Shown piece after piece: positions 17,817 through 28,134 of a stretch of DNA of 64,000 nucleotides (positions are counted from its first letter, which is position 1; every line of letters starts with the position of its first letter). The position numbers were made by a program, and so were the translations under genes. The notes under the pieces are model-generated. The model searched no databases. It had not been told where the DNA came from and was given only the letters and a program-made list of their open reading frames with translations. The stretch covers positions 608,001 through 672,000 of the forward strand of contig OY760935.1 in NCBI GenBank assembly GCA_963664295.1, written 5' to 3'. Source of the DNA: Candidatus Altimarinota bacterium. Its GTDB lineage: Bacteria; Patescibacteriota; Gracilibacteria; CAIRYL01; GCA-016699755.

Positions 17817-20327
17817 TTAAACATCAAGTTTTGGCATCAATTCTTCTTCTTTGTCGGTTTTTTCAGCACCTGTGCTAATCAAAGAAACTCCTGCCAATTT
17901 ATCATCATCTCCAGAACGCATTAAAATAACACCTTGTGTAGATCTGCCAATAGTTGGAATATCGCTTACTTTCATGCGAATAGACTGACCAGCATGGGTC
18001 ATAAGCATTAAATCACCATCAAAATCAGGCTTAATTACTTTTGAGCCAGCAATTTTACCTGTTTTTGCTGTAATGTTCGCAGCTTTTACGCCTGTTCCTC
18101 CTCTATTTTGTTTGCGGAAATTTTTCAATTTAGTCATTTTACCAAGTCCATTTTCCATAACAACCAAAAGATTAGAGTGGTCATCGCCTGCTTCTACTAC
18201 GTCCATTTCTACAACTTTATCATCGCCTTTGAGCTTAATACCACGAACACCGGTAGCAGCACGACCCATTGATCTTACATCATTTTCGTCAAAACGAATT
18301 GATTTGCCATTTTTTGTTACAATCATCACATCATCACCTTTTGTTGTATAGCGAACCCAATAAAGCATGTCTCCTTCTCTAATTTTAATTGCTATCAAAC
18401 CACTTTTGCGAACATTTTTAAAATCTTCTATTTTGGTTTTTTTGATAACTCCTTGTTCAGTTGCCATCATAAGATATTCGCCAGTATTAGCTGTTTCATC
18501 AAGAAGAGCAGTGACAAATTCACCATCTTGTAAGTTTAAAAAATTCACAAGTGATTGACCTTTAGCAGTGCGAGAAGCCTCTGGAATTTCAAAAGCTCTC
18601 AATCTAAAGACACGACCTTTGCTAGTGAAAAATAATAATTCATTATGATTAAATGTATGAAGAACTATCTTTACTTCATCGTCCACCTTGGCAACACCGC
18701 CTTTTAAGCCTTTTCCTCCTCTGGATTGAGTGCGGAAAGATGCAGGAGAAATACGCTTAACCCAACCTGCTTGAGTAATAGTAATAATTTTTTCCTCATT
18801 TGGAACTGTATCAACTGCGCGCATTTTGCCCAATGCTTCTGGAATAACCTCAGTCTTGCGTTCATCTGTATATTTTTCTTTAATTTCGCCTAATTCTTCC
18901 TGCATTATGCTTAAAATGCGTTCAGGTTTTGCCAAAATATCTTCACAATCTTTAATAAAAAGCATTTTTTCATTCAATTCATCTTCAATTTTCTTGCGTT
19001 CCAAGCCAGCTAAAGTTTGCAAACGCATTGCCAAAATTGCATCAGCTTGTAAATCAGATAATTTAAATTTTGTTATTAAGTTTTCTTTGGCTATTTCTTT
19101 GGTTTCCGATCCACGAATAGTGGCAATAACTTCATCAATATTGTCTAATGCTATTTTTAATCCCTCTAAAATATGAGCACGAGCAAGGGCAATTTTTAAT
19201 TCATATTCTGTTCTTCTTTTAATTACTTCTTTTCTGTGATCTATAAACTCTTCAAGAATTGATTTTAAATCAAGTAATCTTGGCTGAATACCGCCAGTTA
19301 AAGCAATAAAATTACAACCAAAAGAAGACTGGAGCGGAGTTAATTTATAAAGCTGGTTTAAAACCTTACCAGGAAAAGAATCTCGCTTTAATACAATAAC
19401 CACACGAATACCTTCTCTGTTGGATTCATCGCGCACATCTGTGATACCTGTGATTACTTTATCTCGCACTAAATCAGCAATTTTTGTCACCAAATTTGCC
19501 TTATTAACCTGATATGGAATTTCTGTAATTATAATTCTTGGCTTACCTTTATCTTCGTCAATATTAGCAACTCCACGCATAATAATAGAACCTCTTCCTG
19601 TTGCATAAGCTTCTCTGATTACACTCTTGTCATATATTTTACCTCCTGTTGGAAAATCAGGACCTTTTATATATTCCATCAAATCATCTATTGTGGCTTC
19701 TGGATTATTTGATAAGTGAAGAACAGCATCAACAACCTCCTGTAGATTGTGCGGAGGAATGTTAGTTGCCATACCAACAGCAATACCAGTACCGCCATTT
19801 AGAAGCAATGTTGGTAGCTTTGAAGGCAATACAGATGGTTCTTTTTGGGTGCCATCGTAATTATCTCTAAAATCAACTGTTTCTTTTTCTAAGTCAGCAA
19901 GCATTTCAGAGGTAATTTTTTGCATTTTTGCCTCTGTATAACGCATAGCAGCAGGACTATCCCCATCTATTGAGCCAAAATTACCCTGACCATGCACTAG
20001 CATATAACGCATAGCAAAATCCTGTGCCATACGCACCATAGAGTCATATACAGCTGCATCACCATGAGGATGGTATTTAGCTAAAACCTCACCAACAACA
20101 GCTGCTGATTTTCTAAATTTTGCCCCTGAAGTAAGACCCAATTTGTGCATAGCGTACAAAATACGCCTATGAACAGGCTTTAGGCCATCGCGAACATCTG
20201 GTAAAGCACGAGAAACAATCACGCTCATTGCATAATCAAGATAGCTTTCTCGCATCTCATCAACTATTTCTCTTTTTGGGAAACTTTCAAGTAATGTTCC
20301 TTGTGTGTTTTCGTTATTATCTGACAT
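17817..20327 (-). CDS. gyrA: DNA gyrase subunit A
   Basis: [15 protein letters not shown], catalytic AAMRYTE, GyrA box QSRGGKG, beta-pinwheel repeats. Confidence 0.98.
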   Translation of the reverse strand: MSDNNENTQGTLLESFPKREIVDEMRESYLDYAMSVIVSRALPDVRDGLKPVHRRILYAMHKLGLTSGAKFRKSAAVVGEVLAKYHPHGDAAVYDSMVRMAQDFAMRYMLVHGQGNFGSIDGDSPAAMRYTEAKMQKITSEMLADLEKETVDFRDNYDGTQKEPSVLPSKLPTLLLNGGTGIAVGMATNIPPHNLQEVVDAVLHLSNNPEATIDDLMEYIKGPDFPTGGKIYDKSVIREAYATGRGSIIMRGVANIDEDKGKPRIIITEIPYQVNKANLVTKIADLVRDKVITGITDVRDESNREGIRVVIVLKRDSFPGKVLNQLYKLTPLQSSFGCNFIALTGGIQPRLLDLKSILEEFIDHRKEVIKRRTEYELKIALARAHILEGLKIALDNIDEVIATIRGSETKEIAKENLITKFKLSDLQADAILAMRLQTLAGLERKKIEDELNEKMLFIKDCEDILAKPERILSIMQEELGEIKEKYTDERKTEVIPEALGKMRAVDTVPNEEKIITITQAGWVKRISPASFRTQSRGGKGLKGGVAKVDDEVKIVLHTFNHNELLFFTSKGRVFRLRAFEIPEASRTAKGQSLVNFLNLQDGEFVTALLDETANTGEYLMMATEQGVIKKTKIEDFKNVRKSGLIAIKIREGDMLYWVRYTTKGDDVMIVTKNGKSIRFDENDVRSMGRAATGVRGIKLKGDDKVVEMDVVEAGDDHSNLLVVMENGLGKMTKLKNFRKQNRGGTGVKAANITAKTGKIAGSKVIKPDFDGDLMLMTHAGQSIRMKVSDIPTIGRSTQGVILMRSGDDDKLAGVSLISTGAEKTDKEEELMPKLDV

Positions 20328-20459
20328 TGATTTAAGGCTATAAAATAGGGCTTATTTGCTAATCAGCTCAATATAAATAATCAACCTGATTTAACTAGAC
20401 AGATAATGCCAGATAAATAAAGTTTCTTCAAGTCTAAATTAGTTTTTATGCTACAAAAA

Positions 20460-21083
20460 CTATTGTTTTAATTTCGTACTTGGTTCCACTAAAAGCAAAT
20501 ATTCAAGATTTTTAAGCTCTTCTGTTGTCATACCTATATCCTCAGGTACAACAAAGCCACTATCAAGCCATATTAAAGCTGTTTTTATGATTACCTCAGA
20601 ACTTGTGCCAATATTTTTAATATTTTTTGCAAATTGTTTCAAAGTATCAATAATCATTTGCTCAGTTAATTTTTCAACTTCATTAATATTAAATTCAAAA
20701 TCTTCCTGAATATAACCAGCAGAAAACAAAAAGGTTAAACATGTATTTTTTATTACATTGATAGCAATAATGTTTTCACCTACAGGTTTTTCATTTAACT
20801 CTCTTAATATTTCTAACATTGAACAAGCTTGCGCTCCATAAAACATTTTTTCTTCCTCTGGCGTGAATTGTTGACACAAAGAACAACAGCTATCACACAA
20901 AAAAATATCCAAAACCCTAGAAGCAGCCTCAAATTTTTGCTCTCTTTTGTTCAAAACTTCCTGCAAAAGAAAAGCTATATTAGAAGCGCACTCTTTTTTT
21001 GTTTTTTCAATTATTCGCTCTTTAGGAACCTCTTTTTTTACCGGAGACAAAGCCTTTTTTAGTCTATCTAATGAGCTAAACAT
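20460..21083 (-). CDS. Hypothetical protein, paralog of 21088..21681
   Basis: Aligns by eye with the next gene (MLEILR/MLEAIR, FNINEVE/FDINQVE, WLDSGFV/WFESGFV, IGMTTEEL/LGTTKEEF). Confidence 0.75.
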   Translation of the reverse strand: MFSSLDRLKKALSPVKKEVPKERIIEKTKKECASNIAFLLQEVLNKREQKFEAASRVLDIFLCDSCCSLCQQFTPEEEKMFYGAQACSMLEILRELNEKPVGENIIAINVIKNTCLTFLFSAGYIQEDFEFNINEVEKLTEQMIIDTLKQFAKNIKNIGTSSEVIIKTALIWLDSGFVVPEDIGMTTEELKNLEYLLLVEPSTKLKQ

Positions 21084-21087
21084 ATTA

Positions 21088-21681
21088 TTATGAATTAAAG
21101 CCGTCTATTTCTACTGACAACATTACAAGTTGTTCAAATTCCTCCTTAGTTGTACCTAATTCTTCATAGGTCACAAAACCACTTTCAAACCAAATTTTTA
21201 CTGATTTCATAGTATCCATCGTCATAACTTTACCTTCTTTAAGACTTTTTATAACAACTTGAAGTGATTTATAAATCATTTCTTCAATCCAAATCTCAAC
21301 CTGATTAATATCAAACTGAATATTAATATTGTCAATAACACCATAGCTACGCAAAAGCCTTAAGCAATATCTTTCAAGAGCCTGTACCTCAACATTAAGA
21401 CCACTAGAATCCAACATTCTTATTGCTTCTAGCATCAAAACAGCATCTGACGCACAAAATACAAAAGTTTCCTCTGCAGAAAGCATGCCTAATAAATTTT
21501 CTGAACCATTTAAAAATAAATTATTAATTTTTTCACTTGCTTCAATTTTTTGTCGCCTTTTAAGAATTCTTGTGAGTGCTTCTGCTAACAATTTCGCTTC
21601 TTTTTGTATCGGCTCATGCAATTTACTATCTAGCGATTCTGGTTCACTACCTTGCCCTAATTTTTCTAAATTTTTTACCAT
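21088..21681 (-). CDS. Hypothetical protein, tandem paralog
   Basis: Body similar to 20460..21083; C-terminal tail nearly identical to that of 21688..22653. Confidence 0.75.
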   Translation of the reverse strand: MVKNLEKLGQGSEPESLDSKLHEPIQKEAKLLAEALTRILKRRQKIEASEKINNLFLNGSENLLGMLSAEETFVFCASDAVLMLEAIRMLDSSGLNVEVQALERYCLRLLRSYGVIDNINIQFDINQVEIWIEEMIYKSLQVVIKSLKEGKVMTMDTMKSVKIWFESGFVTYEELGTTKEEFEQLVMLSVEIDGFNS

Positions 21682-21687
21682 AAATTA

Positions 21688-22653
21688 TTAAGAATTAAAA
21701 CTATCAGTTCCTGCTGACAACATTACAAGTTGCCCAAACTCCTCCTCAGTTGTGCCTAATTCTTCATAGGTAGTGTAGCCAAGATCAAGTAAGGTTTTTA
21801 TCTGTTCAAGCACATAATCAGGAACAACATCCTTATTTTGCATGATTTTGATTGCTGTTTTTGCAAGAGCAATTTCCAGATCACCTTCTCCTGCTAATTC
21901 TGCTAATTCATCTCTAGTTATAGAAGATAAATTTTCCAGCCCAAAAACTCCTCTTTGCACTCCCTCCAAACAAAACTGAACAGTTGCATCAATTTGATCA
22001 CTGTATTTATTAGGATCTAAGTCCTTAACTTTTGATAATGCGTAATTTGCAACCATAGCAAAAATTTTTTCAACAATTGGACTAAAAATATCAACATTAT
22101 CAGTATTATAATTAAACCCATTACGCAAAATAGCTACTATATCTTCTCCATTAAGGGACATCTGAATATCTTGCTCCACGCAACTTATAGCCTGCATCAT
22201 AATACCTTCAACATTACTCATAGCATATGCTTGTTTTTCAACAGTTGTATTAACAGCTTTTTGCAATCGAAATTTAAGCTCAACAAGGTTGCCATATCCC
22301 AAATCATGTACCTCAAGATTATGCTGTGCTATCAACTGATTAATGCTATCCATAAGATTAAGAGCGGCTTCCAGGTTGCCATTTGCAACATACAACTCTA
22401 TTTCTTTCATGCTAGCTACAATTATTTGTATTGCTTCTGCTCGTTCTGTGTTATCGGATGATTGCTCAAAATCATCATCTTCTTCAAAAAACTCATCATC
22501 TCCAAGCAAATTATCAACCTCATCTGCAATATCACTTGCAACTTCTTCGGCAATCTTTGTTGTATCAAGTTCTGTTTCTGTGCCGGAACTTTCAGGATTT
22601 ATACCTTCTGTTTCATCTTTAAATTCCAAACCTTTTCTTGTTTTATCAGTCAT
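21688..22653 (-). CDS. Acidic helical hypothetical protein
   Basis: 321-aa ORF ending in TYEELGTTEEEFGQLVMLSAGTDSFNS, shared with its neighbour. Confidence 0.75.
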   Translation of the reverse strand: MTDKTRKGLEFKDETEGINPESSGTETELDTTKIAEEVASDIADEVDNLLGDDEFFEEDDDFEQSSDNTERAEAIQIIVASMKEIELYVANGNLEAALNLMDSINQLIAQHNLEVHDLGYGNLVELKFRLQKAVNTTVEKQAYAMSNVEGIMMQAISCVEQDIQMSLNGEDIVAILRNGFNYNTDNVDIFSPIVEKIFAMVANYALSKVKDLDPNKYSDQIDATVQFCLEGVQRGVFGLENLSSITRDELAELAGEGDLEIALAKTAIKIMQNKDVVPDYVLEQIKTLLDLGYTTYEELGTTEEEFGQLVMLSAGTDSFNS

Positions 22654-22660
22654 TATTTTA

Positions 22661-22704
22661 AAAAAATGGTTAATATTTATAATTTATTAACCATTTTTTG
22701 TCAA
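22661..22704 (-). promoter_or_regulatory. Promoter TTGACA-17-TATAAA embedded in a 15-bp perfect inverted repeat
   Basis: AAAAAATGGTTAATA (22661-75) / TATTAACCATTTTTT (22685-99); -35 at 22704-22699 and -10 at 22681-22676 in the loop. Confidence 0.6.
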
Positions 22705-22725
22705 TATAATTTTTACAATTTTGGC

Positions 22726-25296
22726 TTATTTGAGGACAATTTCAATATTGTCTTTTTTGCCTCTAACTAGTTTCACCAATTGTCTTGGAGTAATTTTTCC
22801 TTGCAAAATATCTTCTGCTAATGGATCTTCCACCATTTCACGCACTATCCTGCGCACTCCTCTGGCACCATTTTTTGGATCAAAACTTTTTTCTGCCAAA
22901 AAATTAGCAACTGAATCAGAATATTCTATTTTTATTTCCTTTTCACTAATTCTCTCTTGCAATTCTTGTAAATGAATTTTGACTATTTTTTTAATGTGTT
23001 TTTTTATTAATGGCTTAAAAACAATTACTTTATCAAGTCTGTTTAAAAACTCAGGACGAAAGAATTTTTTAACCTGCTCAAGCACCATTTCTTTTTTGTC
23101 CAAAAACTCTTGTTCTGCTTTTTTTTCTTCTGTGTCTGAACTAGAAAAACCAATTTTTGTTGCCTCTTCTGTTAATTCTTCTGCTCCTAAATTAGAAGTC
23201 ATAATTATTATTGTGTTGGTAAAGTCAATTTTTCTACCTTTTCCGTCTGTCAAAGTGCCATCTTCCATGATTTGCAAAAGTGTGTTTTGAAAATCTCGAT
23301 GAGCTTTTTCAATCTCGTCAAAAAGCACTACAGAATGGGGTTTTCTGCGAATTTTTTCTGTTAATTCACCGCCTTCATCATAACCAACATAACCTGCTGT
23401 TGTACCAGTTAAGCGAGAAACATTATGTCTTTCCATAAACTCACTCATGTCTATTTTTACTAATGAGTCTTTAGAGTGAAAAACCTCTTCAGAAAGAACT
23501 TTTACAGTTTCTGTTTTACCAACTCCAGTAGGCCCAAGGAACAAAAAGACACCAATTGGTCTTTTTGCGTCTGATATACCTGCTTTTGATCTGCGAATAG
23601 ACTTGGAAATAGCTTCCAAAGCCTCTTGTTGACCTATTATTCTTGTGCCAAGGTTTTTTTCAAGATCAAGCAAGGCGATTGCTTCTTTTTTTGCTAATTT
23701 TGAAAGCGGAATGCCTGTCACTTGAGCAATAACTCCCATGATGTCCTCTTTTTCTACTTTTTTGCGCTGAGCCTTGCTAATAGTTTTTTTCTTTAATGCT
23801 TCAATTTGCTTTTTATAATTTTCTTCTTCTCTTTTTAGGTCTAGTGCTTTTTGAAAATTCTGATTTTGCACTGCTTGTTCTTTTTTCTTTGCAATATTTG
23901 TAATTTTTGTTCTTAGTTTTTGCACTTCTTGTGGCTCTTTTTCAGAACGAGCACCTTTTTGTGCAGCAGCCTCGTCAATTAAATCAATTGCCTTGTCTGG
24001 CAAAAAACGATCAGAAATATAACGCTTTGACAATTTTACTGCTTCTTTCAGTGCTTCATCTGTAATTTCTAGATTATGAAAATCTTCAAAATTCTTGCGA
24101 ATACCAATAAGAATTTTTTCTGTGTCGTCGTCTGTTGGCTCATCAACCATTACATTCTGGAAACGCCTTTCCAAAGCCTTATCTTTTTCTATGTGTTTTC
24201 TGTGTTCATCAAAAGTAGTAGCACCAATTACACGAATTTTACCCCTTGAAAGAGCTGGCTTGAGAATATTGGCAGCATCAAGAGAACCTTCGGCACTACC
24301 TGCACCTACAATTGTATGGAGCTCATCTATAAATAAAATAACTTCATTATCTGTTTCAATTGCTTCTTCAATTACTTCTTTTAATCTTTCCTCAAACTCG
24401 CCCCGAAATTTAGTACCAGCAATTAAACTGGTCATAGAAAGCATAAGAACACGCTTTTCTAAAAGGGAATCAGGCACCGCACCTCTTTCAATGGCTTGTG
24501 CAAGCCCTTCCACAATGGCAGTCTTACCAACTCCTGGTTCACCAACCAATAATGGATTATTTTTAGTTTTTCTGTTCAAAATATTAATTGTTCGTTCAAT
24601 TTCTTGCTCCCTGCCAATAATTGGATCAAGTTTGCCATCTGCTGCTTCTGCAGTAAGATCAACAGAAAAGTAATCCAAAGCAGGTGTGTCTGACTCGTCC
24701 TCTTCTTCATGTGGTCTTTTTTTATGCTTAAAACCCTGCTGATAGTCTTCGTTTTTTTGCAAAGAAACAAGTGCTCCCTGCAAACCTTGCAATAAATCTT
24801 CTAAAATTTGCGGAGGAGGATTGCCACTAGCTTCTTTGCGCTTACTAGAAAGCTTAACCAAGACGTCTTTAATTTGTTTTTGCAAATCAAGCAAAGAAAC
24901 ATGCATCTTAGAAAGCACTACAGCTCCTGCTGTTTCCTTATGTTCTACCAAAGAAAGCAAAAGATGTTCTGTGCCAACAAAATTATGCCTAAATTGAAAC
25001 GCTATCTTAAGCGCACCTTCTATTACTCTCTTAAGTGAAGGAGAAATACCTTTTGGCTCTGTTTTTGGGTCACCTGGTTTTACAAATTCACCCAAAACCT
25101 TTTGCACACTTTCATAATTAACCCCTACTGAGTTTAAAATTGAGTATGCTATGGAATTTTTATTCTCAAGAATGCCTAAGAGAAGATGTTCTGTGCCAAC
25201 TTCGCTTGTGTGCATTTTTTTCGCTTCATCATCAGCTTTTCGAAATGCCCTACGAGCATCATCGGAAAACCTTTCAAATGGATTTTGTTCTTGCAT
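22726..25296 (-). CDS. clpC: ATP-dependent Clp protease ATP-binding subunit ClpC
   Basis: Two Clp-N repeats (GTEHLLL), GEPGVGKT, RFLPDKAIDLIDEA, UVR-like linker, GPTGVGKT. Confidence 0.95.
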   Translation of the reverse strand: MQEQNPFERFSDDARRAFRKADDEAKKMHTSEVGTEHLLLGILENKNSIAYSILNSVGVNYESVQKVLGEFVKPGDPKTEPKGISPSLKRVIEGALKIAFQFRHNFVGTEHLLLSLVEHKETAGAVVLSKMHVSLLDLQKQIKDVLVKLSSKRKEASGNPPPQILEDLLQGLQGALVSLQKNEDYQQGFKHKKRPHEEEDESDTPALDYFSVDLTAEAADGKLDPIIGREQEIERTINILNRKTKNNPLLVGEPGVGKTAIVEGLAQAIERGAVPDSLLEKRVLMLSMTSLIAGTKFRGEFEERLKEVIEEAIETDNEVILFIDELHTIVGAGSAEGSLDAANILKPALSRGKIRVIGATTFDEHRKHIEKDKALERRFQNVMVDEPTDDDTEKILIGIRKNFEDFHNLEITDEALKEAVKLSKRYISDRFLPDKAIDLIDEAAAQKGARSEKEPQEVQKLRTKITNIAKKKEQAVQNQNFQKALDLKREEENYKKQIEALKKKTISKAQRKKVEKEDIMGVIAQVTGIPLSKLAKKEAIALLDLEKNLGTRIIGQQEALEAISKSIRRSKAGISDAKRPIGVFLFLGPTGVGKTETVKVLSEEVFHSKDSLVKIDMSEFMERHNVSRLTGTTAGYVGYDEGGELTEKIRRKPHSVVLFDEIEKAHRDFQNTLLQIMEDGTLTDGKGRKIDFTNTIIIMTSNLGAEELTEEATKIGFSSSDTEEKKAEQEFLDKKEMVLEQVKKFFRPEFLNRLDKVIVFKPLIKKHIKKIVKIHLQELQERISEKEIKIEYSDSVANFLAEKSFDPKNGARGVRRIVREMVEDPLAEDILQGKITPRQLVKLVRGKKDNIEIVLK

Positions 25297-25423
25297 TTAA
25301 TACTTTTAAATATCTCAAATTATTCTCTCATATTTTAAACAAAGATGAAAGGTAAAATCTACCCCATTCTCCATTGATTTTTTGTTTACTTTATGAGATA
25401 ATTTAAAGAAACATAAAAATTAA

Positions 25424-27427
25424 ATGCCAACACCAACAACACATGACATTCAGGCTGTTAAGCAAGAAGAAAACAAAAAACCAGAACAAAAAGTAAAGCC
25501 AGAATTAAACACAAAACCAAAAAAAGAGAAAAAATCTCTACTTTCCGGCTTAATGGACACTCTTTTTGGAAAAAATAAGAAAAAAAACAAAAAAACTGAC
25601 AATAAAAACGACCAAGAAGACAAAATACTTGATAAAAAAGAGCCTGAAAAATTAACAGCAGAGGAAATAAAAGCATTAAAAGAAGCAGAAAAACACTATC
25701 GCGACGGAATGGCGACAATTCTTGACTTAATTTCACCAAGTTCCATGCAAGTTGAGTATAATCATGTGAAACTTGGTGATACTTATGTAAAAAGCTTTTT
25801 CGTTTATTCTTATCCTCGTTTTATTGAAGCAAACTGGCTTTCCCCAGTTGTTAATTTTGACGCTACTATGGATATTTCCATGTTTATATATCCAACTGAC
25901 TCAGCAAAAATAATGAAAGTACTTCGTAATAAAGTAGCTCAAATGCAATCTACAATGCATATGTTTCAGGAAAAAGGTATGGTGCGTGATCCAGCGGTTG
26001 AGGCTGCTTTAGAAGACGCAGAAGAACTAAGGGATAAGCTACAAAGAGGACAAGAAAAATTTTTCCAATTTGGACTTTATGTCACTGTTTATGCTGATGA
26101 TTTAGAAAAAATCAAAAAAATACAAACTCACTTAGAATCAATTTTGGGAGGCAAATTAGTATTAACAAAAGCTGCAGACTTACAACAACAGCACGGTTTC
26201 AATTCTTGTGTACCTTTAGCTCTTGATGAACTAGAAATTCACAGAAACATGAACACATCTCCACTTTCTACTGCTTTTCCTTTTACAAGCTCAGAACTAA
26301 CCTCAAATGAAGGTATTTTATATGGTGTTAACCGTCATAATGATTCTTTGGTTATTTTTGACAGATTTTCTCTGGAAAATGCTAATTCTGTAATTTTTGC
26401 AAAATCTGGTGCTGGTAAATCTTATGCAGTTAAGCTGGAAATTCTTCGCTCTATGATGATGAATACAGATGTTATTGTTATAGATCCGGAAAACGAATAT
26501 GAAAAACTTTGTGATGTAGTTGGTGGCACCCATTTAAAAGTATCACTTAATTCAGACAAGCGCATAAATCCATTTGATTTACCCGAACCACTGGAAGACG
26601 AAGTCACAAAACCTGGTGATCTTCTTCGTTCTAATATTATTGCCTTACATGGTCTTTTTAATTTGATGTTAGGAAAATTAAACCCAACAGAAGAAAGCAT
26701 ACTCGATCACGCAATGCTTGATACCTATGCCTTAAAAGGTATAAGCATTGACACAGAAAATCCTGGGGAGCTTGAACCCCCAACAATGGAAGATTTATAT
26801 GATGTACTTTCCACTATGAAAGGCGCTGATTCGCTTGCAGAAAGATTAAAAAAATTCACCAGTGGTACCTATGCAGGCATATTTAACAAAAAAACCAATA
26901 TCAATCTCGATAGTGGCTTGGTTGTTTTTCAAATTCGAGATCTTGAAGAAAGCTTGCGCCCAATTGCCATGTATGTAATCTTAAACTTCATCTGGACAAG
27001 AGTGCGTAGTCAACTAAAAAAACGCATTATGGTTGTTGATGAAGCCTGGAATATTATGCAATACAAAGATAGTGCTCGTTTTATGTATGGACTTGTTAAA
27101 AGAGCTAGAAAATACTGGCTAGGAGTGACCACAATTACCCAAGATGTAGAGGATTTCTTGAAAAGTGAATATGGAAAACCAATTATCACCAATTCATCTT
27201 TGCAATTATTACTAAAACAAGCACCAAGCGCAGTTGATGAACTTGCTAAGGTGTTTAACCTTACTGATGGCGAAAAATATCTCCTGCTTAATTCTGGAAT
27301 TGGTCAGGGTATCTTCTTTGCTGGAATGAAACATGTGGCAATTCAAATAATCGCCTCATATACAGAAGATAAAATAATTACCACTGATCCAGAGGAAATT
27401 ATGAAATCAAAAGAAAACTTACTCTAA
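25424..27427 (+). CDS. VirB4-like ATPase (T4SS/conjugation-type)
   Basis: Walker A AKSGAGKS, VIDPENEY, INPFD, Walker B VVDEAW, RARKY...TTITQDVEDF; Lys-rich N-terminal extension. Confidence 0.88.
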   Translation: MPTPTTHDIQAVKQEENKKPEQKVKPELNTKPKKEKKSLLSGLMDTLFGKNKKKNKKTDNKNDQEDKILDKKEPEKLTAEEIKALKEAEKHYRDGMATILDLISPSSMQVEYNHVKLGDTYVKSFFVYSYPRFIEANWLSPVVNFDATMDISMFIYPTDSAKIMKVLRNKVAQMQSTMHMFQEKGMVRDPAVEAALEDAEELRDKLQRGQEKFFQFGLYVTVYADDLEKIKKIQTHLESILGGKLVLTKAADLQQQHGFNSCVPLALDELEIHRNMNTSPLSTAFPFTSSELTSNEGILYGVNRHNDSLVIFDRFSLENANSVIFAKSGAGKSYAVKLEILRSMMMNTDVIVIDPENEYEKLCDVVGGTHLKVSLNSDKRINPFDLPEPLEDEVTKPGDLLRSNIIALHGLFNLMLGKLNPTEESILDHAMLDTYALKGISIDTENPGELEPPTMEDLYDVLSTMKGADSLAERLKKFTSGTYAGIFNKKTNINLDSGLVVFQIRDLEESLRPIAMYVILNFIWTRVRSQLKKRIMVVDEAWNIMQYKDSARFMYGLVKRARKYWLGVTTITQDVEDFLKSEYGKPIITNSSLQLLLKQAPSAVDELAKVFNLTDGEKYLLLNSGIGQGIFFAGMKHVAIQIIASYTEDKIITTDPEEIMKSKENLL

Positions 27428-27430
27428 AAA

Positions 27431-27691
27431 CTATTTCTTAGTTTTTACTAAGCTTTTTTGGTGTGCAACATAAAGCCCACGAATACTCACCAAAAACCAA
27501 ACAGCATTCAAGGCAACAAAAGGCATAGAGCCTGTGTGAATAGAATATGCAATCAATAAAACACTACCAAAAAAATTTACAGCATTATACTGATAACCAT
27601 CACCAGCCCACCTATTTCGCTGAACCATAAAAAAACCAATTAAAATATTACTCATACCAACCCAGCCAATAATTTCCATAGCTAAATTCAT
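27431..27691 (-). CDS. Small membrane protein (CBU_0592-like)
   Basis: Three TM helices: IIGWVG...YQYNAVNFFGS...LNAVW. Confidence 0.7.
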   Translation of the reverse strand: MNLAMEIIGWVGMSNILIGFFMVQRNRWAGDGYQYNAVNFFGSVLLIAYSIHTGSMPFVALNAVWFLVSIRGLYVAHQKSLVKTKK

Positions 27692-28134
27692 GTTTTTGAT
27701 TCAGAAAAAGAAATTTCTACCAAAACTCCCATAATTAACAAAAGACCAGCATCCCACCAATTCAAAACACGAAAATCCTGAAAAACCAGAGCAACAGTGG
27801 CAACAACGGCCAAAATAATCCCCTGCCTTAAAGAATTATTCACAGCAGAACCAATGGAAACAAAAGGCTGAAAAGTCATACGAGTCAAAGTACCCAAGAG
27901 AGTTAGAGTAGTAAAAACAGAAAAGAAAAAAGTAATATAAAAAAACGAAATAGCAAATTGCGGAGAAGAAAAAGGCGAAACTTCATTCAAAATAAGACCC
28001 CAAGCAGTCCAAGATAAAAAAGTAGCCAATAAAAAAACAAATAAAGGCCAACTACTTTTTTTCAAAAAAGGTAAAACCTGCTTTTCTGTTGCATTTGCAT
28101 TTTCTTTTTCCTTGTTTTCTTTTTTTTCGCTCAT
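27688..28134 (-). CDS. Membrane protein (4 TM)
   Basis: Hydrophobic helices; SLRQG...LNWW motif. Confidence 0.7.
   Translation of the reverse strand: MSEKKENKEKENANATEKQVLPFLKKSSWPLFVFLLATFLSWTAWGLILNEVSPFSSPQFAISFFYITFFFSVFTTLTLLGTLTRMTFQPFVSIGSAVNNSLRQGIILAVVATVALVFQDFRVLNWWDAGLLLIMGVLVEISFSESKT

Noticed and set aside
21084-21771. 88-nt repeat as a DGR TR/VR pair
   Set aside because: The 13 mismatches are not confined to adenines of either copy, and both copies are coding gene ends.
24095-24673. 192-aa plus-strand ORF and the many similar 60-140-aa ORFs overlapping known genes
   Set aside because: Antisense or out-of-frame shadows of clpC, gyrA, gap and other conserved genes.
25424-27427. 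ICE or conjugative element around virB4
   Set aside because: No integrase, relaxase, att repeats or compositional shift; flanked by core genes.
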